From: Candidatus Doudnabacteria bacterium
GTDB lineage: Bacteria; Patescibacteriota; Doudnabacteria; UBA920; VMFF01
Direction of reading: 5' to 3'
Assembly (NCBI GenBank): GCA_028286905.1
Contig: JAQBQP010000002.1
Coordinates: 309,458-373,457 of the forward strand
DNA: 64,000 bases
The position numbers and the translations under genes were made by a program. Below, one piece after another: positions 19,701-27,513 of the stretch. Each line of letters opens with the position of its first letter. The stretch's first letter is position 1. The notes below the pieces were generated by a model that was given only the letters and a program-made list of their open reading frames with translations, was not told where the DNA came from and did no database searches.

Positions 19701-20987
19701 ATGAACAAAAATAAAAAAAATCTTTGTACAAAAATTTTGGTATTTATCGGAGTAATGGGGCTGGTTTCAGCTCCTTTTGGCGTTTTAGCTGATACCAAAT
19801 CTGACATTGAAGCGCAAAAAGCCGTTAAACAACAAGAAATTGCACAGTTGGAACAGCAAATCAAAGATTATCAGAACCAGATTCAACAAAAAAGAACTCA
19901 AGGCGCTTCGTTAGCCAACGAAATTTCTTTGTACGATACCGAAATCAAATCAACTGAGTTAAAAATCCAAGCAACCCAAACGAATATGGATAATACCCAG
20001 TTGCAGATTGACGAAACCAAGGATGCAATTGCTCAAAAAAATACCCAAATTGAACAAGAAAAGATTTTACTCTCAGAATTACTCGTAACTTTGCAGCAAT
20101 ATGACAATACCTCAACAATTCAGATTGGTTTAGGTAGTAATAATTTTTCAGATTTCATGGACCAAGTCCAATATACGGAATCAGTGCAGGAGAAAGTTTC
20201 GTCTTTACTTCAGCAGATTAAAGATATCAAAGTGAAGCTTGAGCAAGACAAAACCGATTTAGAAACAAGCCTAGCTCAACTTACCCAATTAAGCGATCAG
20301 CTTAATCAAACTCAAAAGAGTCTTGATGATCAAAAAACTTCAAAACTAGATTTGTTAAATCAAACTAAGGGTCAGGAAAGTAAATATAAAAAATTACTTG
20401 TTAGCACGCAGGATGAAGAAGCAAAGGTTAACAAAGAAATTTATGATTTAGATAATAAAGCTTCGGGTTCAGTTACTAACAAAACGCTGCCTTCGGTACA
20501 TGGAATTTTAGCGTACCCAATTGTCGGAGTTTTAACTCAAGGCTATGGCAATACCGGCTTTACAGCCTTGGGATACAATTTTCACAACGGAATTGACTTA
20601 GCAGGCCCTGCAGGTACACCTATATATTCTGCAGCCGATGGTACAGTTGTTAACACTGGAACAGGAACGACTGCTTATGGAAATTGGGTGGCAATAAAAC
20701 ATTTAGCCGGGGGGAAGTTGGACCGTGATATTGTCACGCTTTATGGGCACATGCGCAAATTTGTTGTTTCGCCAGGGGAGGTAATGAAAAAAGGCGATTT
20801 GATTGGCTATGAAGGAAATACTGGAAACACTTCCAGGCTACTGTATGGACCAGATCGCGGTTATCACTTACATTTCACAGTATTTGATGCTAAAGGGTAC
20901 GGAGTTAAAGACGGTGCTTATCCAAAAATTTACGGACCATATCAAATCCCATATGGTTATACCTATGACCCTAAGGATTTCTTATAA
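19701..20987 (+). CDS. coiled-coil M23 peptidase (EnvC/CwlO-like)
   Basis: signal peptide, long coiled coil, HNGID, YGH, HLHF. Confidence 0.9.
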   Translation: MNKNKKNLCTKILVFIGVMGLVSAPFGVLADTKSDIEAQKAVKQQEIAQLEQQIKDYQNQIQQKRTQGASLANEISLYDTEIKSTELKIQATQTNMDNTQLQIDETKDAIAQKNTQIEQEKILLSELLVTLQQYDNTSTIQIGLGSNNFSDFMDQVQYTESVQEKVSSLLQQIKDIKVKLEQDKTDLETSLAQLTQLSDQLNQTQKSLDDQKTSKLDLLNQTKGQESKYKKLLVSTQDEEAKVNKEIYDLDNKASGSVTNKTLPSVHGILAYPIVGVLTQGYGNTGFTALGYNFHNGIDLAGPAGTPIYSAADGTVVNTGTGTTAYGNWVAIKHLAGGKLDRDIVTLYGHMRKFVVSPGEVMKKGDLIGYEGNTGNTSRLLYGPDRGYHLHFTVFDAKGYGVKDGAYPKIYGPYQIPYGYTYDPKDFL

Positions 20988-21032
20988 TTTGGTTTATTTG
21001 CTAAAATGTAGCTATATAAATTAGTTAAAATA

Positions 21033-22235
21033 ATGAAACAAAAATCAAAATCAAGAATGAAGTTTTGGATTCTAAGCATAGCTTTATTCAGTTCAACGCT
21101 TGCTCTTGTGCCTCAAAGGACCCTTGCTGTTAACTCTATTTTAAGCGGGCAAATTTGTACTCCGGATAACTCAACTGCTAATAGTGGCAACAACATAGCA
21201 CGCTGCGTAAATAATATTTACGCTTTTTCCATTGCGATTGGTGGCTTTGTGGCGGTGCTGATGTTTGTTATCGCTGGTTATTTTTACACCCTCGGCGGCA
21301 ATGAGAACGTTACTAAAGCTAAAGGCTTTATAAACTCCACAATTATTGGACTAATTTTATTGTTTGGCTCATTTGCATTATTGAATACGATTGATCCAAA
21401 TCTCACTAGTTTACCGGCTGTTACCGCGCCTGGTGTGAATTGTGATAGCCAAACAGACCCCGTTACTAAAAAAGTTTACAATTCATGCGACAACCCAGAC
21501 GAGTACGGACAACTACTTACAGGAACATCTGGAGGATCAGTTTTATGTACCATAGATAACAAAAACCTTTGTAACGATGCCATACCAACTCAGCAAGTGA
21601 GCACTCAAGACCGAGCTCAGTCAAAGCCTAATGCTAGCGAGGGAGGTGATGTTAATAACACCTTTGCTCTTTTCCCACCGCCTTTAAAAGGTAGGTTTAG
21701 TCAGGAAGACCCACGTTGGGGAAACAAATTATACGGTAATTGCGGAGATGGCAGTACGATAGGTAGTTCCGGTTGTGGACCAAGTGCAATGGCAATGGTA
21801 ATATCTCACTTTGGGGCATTAGGAAAGGTTACTTTGCAACCTCAGGACGCTCCGGCGGTCGCTAAAGTTGCAAAAGGTTATGGCAGCAATGTTGATCCTG
21901 GAATTATTGCTGATATAGGCGTGCAGTTAGGGTATAGAGTGTGCGGATCTGGAACAAGTTACCAGATGTTCACCAGTTTAGCAAAATATTACGGCTTGCA
22001 TGCTACACAAGTTGGCTCAATGGATGAAGCTAAAGCCGCTATGAAGAATGGTGATGTTATAATTGCCGCGATGGGCCCGGGTTACTTTACAACAGGGGGC
22101 CACTTCATAGTTTTATATAGTTACTCAGGAGATAAAATTTACATTTCTGATAGTGGCCCTCGCAATCGTACAATTGCATTAGATTCAACGGTTGAGCAAG
22201 AGCAACATTATATGGTAGCTATAGGAAAAAAATAA
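21033..22235 (+). CDS. VirB2/TrbC-like pilin fused to a C39-like peptidase
   Basis: two-TM pilin unit ending LNTIDP.L; Q.DPRWG, GCGPSAMAMV, GHFIVL, D.G. Confidence 0.8.
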   Translation: MKQKSKSRMKFWILSIALFSSTLALVPQRTLAVNSILSGQICTPDNSTANSGNNIARCVNNIYAFSIAIGGFVAVLMFVIAGYFYTLGGNENVTKAKGFINSTIIGLILLFGSFALLNTIDPNLTSLPAVTAPGVNCDSQTDPVTKKVYNSCDNPDEYGQLLTGTSGGSVLCTIDNKNLCNDAIPTQQVSTQDRAQSKPNASEGGDVNNTFALFPPPLKGRFSQEDPRWGNKLYGNCGDGSTIGSSGCGPSAMAMVISHFGALGKVTLQPQDAPAVAKVAKGYGSNVDPGIIADIGVQLGYRVCGSGTSYQMFTSLAKYYGLHATQVGSMDEAKAAMKNGDVIIAAMGPGYFTTGGHFIVLYSYSGDKIYISDSGPRNRTIALDSTVEQEQHYMVAIGKK

Positions 22236-22236
22236 T

Positions 22237-22668
22237 ATGAAAAAAGTTTTAATAATAGGTTCGGTCGTTGTTATAATATTATTGGTGACTGTTCTGATCG
22301 TGTCAAAAAGAAAGGCTTCTCCCGTATCAAATAGCGCAGTTGGTAAAACAGATCAAGCGGGAAACAGCTCTGCAAGCAAAAGCCCTTCTAACGATTATGG
22401 AAATCAAAATGTTGAACCAGACGTAAAAGAAGGCGCCCCTTTAACTTCACCTGAACCTCCGCAAAACCCTAATTTTACTTGGACTAAAAAACTTCCTTAC
22501 AGAAGTCAGTATTATGATATTTATTATAATCCACCTTACGATATAACAATTGATTTGCCTACATCTTTTAGCCCGGCAATAAAAGACCGCTACCAGCAAG
22601 AAGCTTTGGATTGGTTAAAAGCTCAAAGTGCTCCCATGGACCAAATTAATGTAAATGTTTTAAGATGA
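22237..22668 (+). CDS. membrane-anchored hypothetical protein
   Basis: N-terminal TM, low-complexity linker, small C-terminal domain. Confidence 0.7.
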   Translation: MKKVLIIGSVVVIILLVTVLIVSKRKASPVSNSAVGKTDQAGNSSASKSPSNDYGNQNVEPDVKEGAPLTSPEPPQNPNFTWTKKLPYRSQYYDIYYNPPYDITIDLPTSFSPAIKDRYQQEALDWLKAQSAPMDQINVNVLR

Positions 22669-23237
22669 ACTCAGGCAATATTGAATTAACCCCTAGAACA
22701 ATTTGGGGAATCATAATTGCAATTTTGTTATCGTTTTTTTTGTATTTCTATCAGCATAATCCTCAAATTTTGGTCGGCGGTTTATTATCAGCCAATGCTA
22801 ACTGCACCGATGATCAAAGTTGCAATGTCGCAACTGGACCCAAGGGGCAAGTCGTAGGGGATTGTCGCGATTGCATAAAGGTTAAAGGCACAAAAGTGCC
22901 TACGACTGATGGAATAGGTGAGTATGTTGACGTTAAATTATTTGCAAAGTTAAAAAAACTTCGAGTATTAAACTCTAATTGGCGAATCACCGAAGAGTAT
23001 CCGCCAACAGTTCAACATTTAAATTTTTGTCACGGCAACGGAACTTGTGTTGACCTTGGTTTGTATCCAGAAAAGAGGACTGCAAAAAATCTTGATCAGC
23101 TTTGTACAGACGCCTTAGCCGCTGGGCTCACTTTAATAAATGAATATTCAGATAAAAATTTGCTGAGTGCAAATTCTACGTGTCCTGATTCAAATATTTT
23201 TGAAACTACCACAGGCGGTCATTTGCACGTGCAGTAG
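22665..23237 (+). CDS. membrane-anchored putative Zn peptidase (M15/LAS-like)
   Basis: H-x6-D (HGNGTCVD) and C-terminal HLH; ATGA overlap with upstream gene. Confidence 0.6.
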   Translation: MNSGNIELTPRTIWGIIIAILLSFFLYFYQHNPQILVGGLLSANANCTDDQSCNVATGPKGQVVGDCRDCIKVKGTKVPTTDGIGEYVDVKLFAKLKKLRVLNSNWRITEEYPPTVQHLNFCHGNGTCVDLGLYPEKRTAKNLDQLCTDALAAGLTLINEYSDKNLLSANSTCPDSNIFETTTGGHLHVQ

Positions 23238-23249
23238 GTCTCATTAAGC

Positions 23250-23534
23250 CTACAAAACCGCAGTATTACGAATACTTGACTTTTCGTCAAATTTGTAAGC
23301 TTTTGCTAAAATCAGTTTATCTTTACGTTTCAAGTTTTTAATTCTAAATTCTTCTCTAAGCGCAGATGATTTATTCTTCTGCGTTTTTATATAAACAAAT
23401 TTATTTGCCCCGTGGGTTTTTGTATACTTGGCACCTTTTCCTTGTTTATGAGCCAAAAGACGTTTGGCTATATTATTTGTAATTCCGCAATACAGAGTTT
23501 TATCGTTACATTCGAGGATGTATGTATACCACAT
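23250..23534 (-). CDS. GIY-YIG nuclease (UPF0213/YhbQ-like)
   Basis: YTYIL.C.D.TLYCG.T, RL..H..GKGAKYT. Confidence 0.9.
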   Translation of the reverse strand: MWYTYILECNDKTLYCGITNNIAKRLLAHKQGKGAKYTKTHGANKFVYIKTQKNKSSALREEFRIKNLKRKDKLILAKAYKFDEKSSIRNTAVL

Positions 23535-23585
23535 AGGATTTGGAAAGGATTACAGGATGGTTTAAGTGTCTTAAGTATACCTGAT

Positions 23586-23633
23586 CGTTACACGTGATGA
23601 AAAATGTATCACGTGGATGTGTCACGTGATAGG
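23586..23633. repeat. three clustered CACGTG-centred parS-like palindromes
   Basis: CGTTACACGTGATGAA, TGTATCACGTGGATGT, TGTGTCACGTGATAGG versus parS TGTTNCACGTGAAACA. Confidence 0.45.
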
Positions 23634-23676
23634 TCAGAAGATTTTAGAATAAAAATCTTAATATCTTAATTACAAG

Positions 23677-23702
23677 TATATAAATAAATATTTATTTATA
23701 TA
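23677..23702. repeat. perfect 26-bp AT-only palindrome
   Basis: TATATAAATAAAT|ATTTATTTATATA. Confidence 0.8.
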
Positions 23703-23797
23703 AACTATCGTTGATGAGATAAGCGTGAAGCGAGAACTACAAAGAAAGCTAAAGTATTAGTAGAAGTTAGTTATACATTGGTTATTTACAATATACC

Positions 23798-23825
23798 TTG
23801 TCGCATAAGCTACATTGTGCGACAA
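23798..23825. other. putative dif (Xer recombination) site
   Basis: TTGTCGCATAA-GCTACA-TTGTGCGACAA (11-6-11) with XerC-like GCATAA core, located at the gene-strand convergence point. Confidence 0.65.
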
Positions 23826-24258
23826 GGTAATATTATGTATATAGTACCTTTCATATACCTCCCCCATGGGCCCCAGGATGTATTAGACGTCGTAGTCGTT
23901 GAGCTCAAACTAAAACACATTGCGACGTGTTCTCGGATTATATGGTTTGGACCCTGGTTCCAATACCCGGCACGGGGCTTGTTTATACTTTAAGTAAAGA
24001 CATAAAAGTATGTAACAACCCTGGTAATTAAGATAGCTATTACTTATCCCCTGGTCTAGGCTTGTTTGAGAATTAAAATAAAACTAGGATACGAATATGT
24101 TAATCACACGACAAAATCCAAATAGTGGTAGACCACTTAGAGTTATCCAATCGATCGCGATAAAAAGACCGGTCGAATGGGTTTCAAACTCGGTTATTGC
24201 TCGAAATGCTCTGAACCACTAGTAATAAAGATATCGGATGCGGGGTGAGGTGTCTAAG

Positions 24259-24489
24259 ATGTTTATTCAACCCGAAGTAATAGAGCCCCCAAGGTTTCGC
24301 GAATTCAGCGCCTTAAGAAGCAACTGGTCGAAGCTATGGGTGAAACCATTCCTGAACCTAAATTTTATGATGAGCAAACATAAATATTACAAATCTTATT
24401 ACTACGTGAGCTATTTGGAGTTGCCACAAGATTATGATCGCTATTATGCAACCAAAGCTTTTCCTTACCCTTTTCTTTTGAATACATAG
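24259..24489 (+). CDS. hypothetical protein
   Basis: GAGGTG SD before ATG 24259, in frame with ORF 24238; Tyr-rich. Confidence 0.4.
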   Translation: MFIQPEVIEPPRFREFSALRSNWSKLWVKPFLNLNFMMSKHKYYKSYYYVSYLELPQDYDRYYATKAFPYPFLLNT

Positions 24490-24497
24490 CCTTTAAA

Positions 24498-24842
24498 TTA
24501 GAAAGGGATATCCTCTATTCGTATTTCGTCTTCAACAAGATCTGCTTCAGGAACTTTAACAGAGTACTTGCTTATCGCAGCCTGGTATAAACTCTCTGCT
24601 TGTTTCTTAAATTGTTCCTTATCGCTTATGAAATTATTTAATTTGTTGTACAAGTTCAGGTATATTATTTGATGTGCTTTATTGCTAAGAGATCGCTCGT
24701 CATATGGGTCCATTTCAAAATCTTCGTTAGAAGCTAAATTTAGCAAGGATGATAAATCCTCTCTAGTTATCCTGTCTATTTCAACGTAATTCTCCCCCGT
24801 TTTGTAGTAAGCTTTTCCGTTATTTATATGTAAATACTTCAT
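24498..24842 (-). CDS. small partner of the PHP-ATPase with SSB-like acidic C-terminus
   Basis: starts 3 nt after the PHP-ATPase stop; ends EDEIRIEDIPF. Confidence 0.75.
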   Translation of the reverse strand: MKYLHINNGKAYYKTGENYVEIDRITREDLSSLLNLASNEDFEMDPYDERSLSNKAHQIIYLNLYNKLNNFISDKEQFKKQAESLYQAAISKYSVKVPEADLVEDEIRIEDIPF

Positions 24843-24845
24843 GAT

Positions 24846-26894
24846 TTATTTTTTAAAATTATTGTACAGCTCATTTCGTAACGCGTATGCTTCCACTCCT
24901 GCTTCAAGGGTAGCGAGGAGGATTTCGTAACTATCTACCTTCTCCATCCCATCAGCAGTTTTGAATTCCTTATCCCCCGGCGATCCTGAAAATATTTTAT
25001 ACGTGTCCTTGTCTTGGAAAATTGTTCGCTTTGTATACAGAACATAATCAGGACGCATTAACATACCTACGGTATTGTTATGTGTAACTACAATTACGGG
25101 AAGCTCCTTAGAAATATCTTTGATCTCTTTGTTAACATTTTCTTTTAAAAAAATGTTGTCAAAAGAAGATTCGGGTTCATCTATCAAAAGCATCTCGTAC
25201 TGTCGGGCATCCGCCAACGACTTAAGTAAATTGAATTCTGATCTTTCGCCACCTGATACCTCCTTATCATATTGATTTAGAACCTTGTATGTCACCTTAC
25301 AAAAATATCTATATAATTCGCTTTTTTCTAACCGGTCGATATTTTTCAACTCCTCTAAAAATTGAATTGGTATATCATATTTGGAATATGCACTACTAAA
25401 TTTAACATTTTTATGACTTTCGTCAGAAAGTTCCCCCGCACCGTTGAACTTACGAGCTATTGATCTAATCTTAAACTTTCTAAAAGAGGTGTTTTCATCA
25501 ATAATAGTTTCCTTCATTACTGCGAGAGCGATCGCGTTAAATTTTTTAAATTTTTCTCGTTCTAATTTCAAATCGTAAAAGTCTATCTCATTATGTTCAA
25601 TAATTGGACTTGAGGTTCGATTTTTTAAATTTTTCTGTGTTTCGCTAATCAAATCATTTACCCAAACCTTCTTCATTCTTTCTTCTGTATCCTGGATAAA
25701 GCGCTCTTTTAAATCGTCTAAAAGAGCGGCTAGACTTTTTGGCTGTATATGTCTATTGATTATCTCCTCATAGACTTGGTCTTTCAGTAAAATTATTACT
25801 GCTGCAATTATATCCTTTAGATCTTCAGTCGAGCGGATCGGATATAGATTTTCAGTAAATAAGGCAGTGTTTGAGAATTCATCGTGTTGCTTTTGATTCA
25901 AAGCAAACTCCAATAAGGACTCAATATACCTATTTAAAATATAATTCGTCTCTCTTCTATCTATTGTTACTACGTCATTAACTACTAACTTAAACTCATC
26001 CAAATATCTTTCTCGCGTATTACTTTTTGCATTCTCAAGATTTTTTTGAAATTTTTCCTTATCGTCACTAATTAACTCAAACTGTTCTATATATTTGATA
26101 GATTTTTCGTCGATATCGTAAACCTTTTTAAGATTGTTTAATAAGTTGGTTTTACCTGAAGATCTTTCGCCTAAAACTATATTGAGCCCATTCGATAAAA
26201 TCTGTCCATCATTAAAAACCTGAAAAAAATCTTGGCTTCCTATATTAGACAAGAAAACTTTGGATTTATCCTGGAGTGCGATCTTTATAACATTCAGAGA
26301 AAGTTTTTCTGAGTTTGTTTTAATAAAGGTCTGCCTGCCCTGAAGCTCGGCGAGATTTAAGTCATGGCTTACTCGACAATCACTAAATAAAACAGGTGTT
26401 AATGGGAGGTCTTCCTTCATCAATCTGTTAAATTTTTTAGGACTGCTTACCTCACCGGTAAAAATACAGTCATTTAGTAACTCGAAGGCATGCTGGTTTA
26501 CTCTTGGTTTTTTATCGTAATGGGGAACGAGTAGATAGTCACTTAGATTTACAAATATTTCCCTTAGCTTATTTGCTTTAACAGTGTCATTATTTTGCAA
26601 TTCCGCAGTGATTAAATCACATTTTTGACTAAAATCCTCTAGGTTTATGTTTTCTGAGACAAGTAATAAATGTCCGTTTTCAAAATCAATTTCTATCCCA
26701 GGAAGAATTACCGCGTTTGGCAAATCTCCAGTTATTTGTTGGAATTGTGCTTTGTTAAATAAATTGTGGTTAGTGATGGCCACAGCATCTAATGAGAAGG
26801 AAGTAAGGTATTCTTTAAACTTATCAAGTTCAAACTCAAAATAAGCGTCTTTTTTGGTGGGTACTGTATGCACATGTAAATCGATTTTTTTCAT
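24846..26894 (-). CDS. PHP phosphoesterase fused to ABC/SMC-type ATPase (Ppl/TrlF-like), candidate defence protein
   Basis: DLHVHT, ITNHN, GIE, PH, FSD; Walker A GERSSGKT, helical insert, signature VSGGE, Walker B LLIDEPE, VTHN. Confidence 0.85.
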   Translation of the reverse strand: MKKIDLHVHTVPTKKDAYFEFELDKFKEYLTSFSLDAVAITNHNLFNKAQFQQITGDLPNAVILPGIEIDFENGHLLLVSENINLEDFSQKCDLITAELQNNDTVKANKLREIFVNLSDYLLVPHYDKKPRVNQHAFELLNDCIFTGEVSSPKKFNRLMKEDLPLTPVLFSDCRVSHDLNLAELQGRQTFIKTNSEKLSLNVIKIALQDKSKVFLSNIGSQDFFQVFNDGQILSNGLNIVLGERSSGKTNLLNNLKKVYDIDEKSIKYIEQFELISDDKEKFQKNLENAKSNTRERYLDEFKLVVNDVVTIDRRETNYILNRYIESLLEFALNQKQHDEFSNTALFTENLYPIRSTEDLKDIIAAVIILLKDQVYEEIINRHIQPKSLAALLDDLKERFIQDTEERMKKVWVNDLISETQKNLKNRTSSPIIEHNEIDFYDLKLEREKFKKFNAIALAVMKETIIDENTSFRKFKIRSIARKFNGAGELSDESHKNVKFSSAYSKYDIPIQFLEELKNIDRLEKSELYRYFCKVTYKVLNQYDKEVSGGERSEFNLLKSLADARQYEMLLIDEPESSFDNIFLKENVNKEIKDISKELPVIVVTHNNTVGMLMRPDYVLYTKRTIFQDKDTYKIFSGSPGDKEFKTADGMEKVDSYEILLATLEAGVEAYALRNELYNNFKK

Positions 26895-26982
26895 ATGGAG
26901 TTACGGCAAACAAAAATTACTAAACTTATTATGCTCTTTGACCATCTAATTTGCAACGATTTATTAAATTTTGATTAAATTC

Positions 26983-27061
26983 AAGTTTTTCCTAACTCTC
27001 CCCTGTTTTAACTTACCCACAAGAAAATTGCCGTGATCGCTTGCGCTACAGTGTGCGAAAC
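26983..27061 (+). repeat. degenerate repeat R1 ending in dif-like spacer and right arm
   Basis: CTCTCCCCTGTTTT...GAAAATTGCC..GATCGCTTGC-GCTACA-GTGTGCGAAAC. Confidence 0.75.
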
Positions 27062-27092
27062 AAAAGAGTACAATATCTGAATATCGTACTCT
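27062..27092 (-). terminator. intrinsic terminator
   Basis: AAGAGTAC...GTACTCTT hairpin downstream of 27119-27316. Confidence 0.65.
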
Positions 27093-27118
27093 TACTGTTT
27101 ACAGGCGTATTCCCTAAA

Positions 27119-27316
27119 TCAAGGGTGTCTCCTCCTTCTGCTAGGTCCAATAGGCTCTTGGCTATGAGGCGCATGTCTAGACAACTCGACCCCTCTGCGG
27201 ATTGGGGCATATTCCTTGCGCGCCTGCTGCTCCGCTCGCCGTATCTCTTCTTGACCTTCGGGGGTATTGGGATCAGGAAATGGATACGCTTCCAAAATTT
27301 CCAAGTCGCTCGGCAT
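27119..27316 (-). CDS. small hypothetical protein
   Basis: TAGACA-17-TATACT promoter (27370-27342), AAAGGA SD, own terminator. Confidence 0.6.
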   Translation of the reverse strand: MPSDLEILEAYPFPDPNTPEGQEEIRRAEQQARKEYAPIRRGVELSRHAPHSQEPIGPSRRRRHP

Positions 27317-27373
27317 AAATTCCTTTGGTTGAGATAAATCAAGTATATTCCGAAATTTTTATAATGTCTAAAA

Positions 27374-27449
27374 AAGTTTTTTCTATTCTCTCCCCTGTTT
27401 TTAGTTGTTCACGAAAATGCCAGATCCCTTGCGCTACATTATGCAAAAA
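27374..27449 (+). repeat. degenerate repeat R2 ending in dif-like spacer and right arm
   Basis: CTCTCCCCTGTTTT...GAAAATGCCAGATCCCTTGC-GCTACA-TTATGCAAAAA. Confidence 0.75.
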
Positions 27450-27488
27450 ACAAAGGAGCCCTAACATTGCTGTTGGGCTCCTTGTTTA
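27448..27488. terminator. intrinsic terminator
   Basis: AAACAAAGGAGCCC...GGGCTCCTTGTTT hairpin after the ParB-like gene. Confidence 0.75.
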
Positions 27489-27513
27489 ATGTCGGAAAAA
27501 ATTCCTCCTGCAA

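Noticed and set aside
23250-23534. homing endonuclease or mobile intron
   Set aside because: short stand-alone UPF0213-type GIY-YIG that interrupts no gene
23778-23993. 71-aa ORF across the dif-like site
   Set aside because: TTG start without SD or -10 spacing, no motifs, runs through the palindrome
23535-24497. oriC
   Set aside because: genes converge rather than diverge here, and there is no DnaA-box cluster or dnaA/dnaN
27046-27342. 98-aa ORFs on either strand of cargo B
   Set aside because: run through the terminator and repeat; 27119-27316 has the promoter and SD support
26983-27449. integron attC sites
   Set aside because: no RYYYAAC...GTTRRRY inverted core and no intI; similarity to the dif-like site fits better
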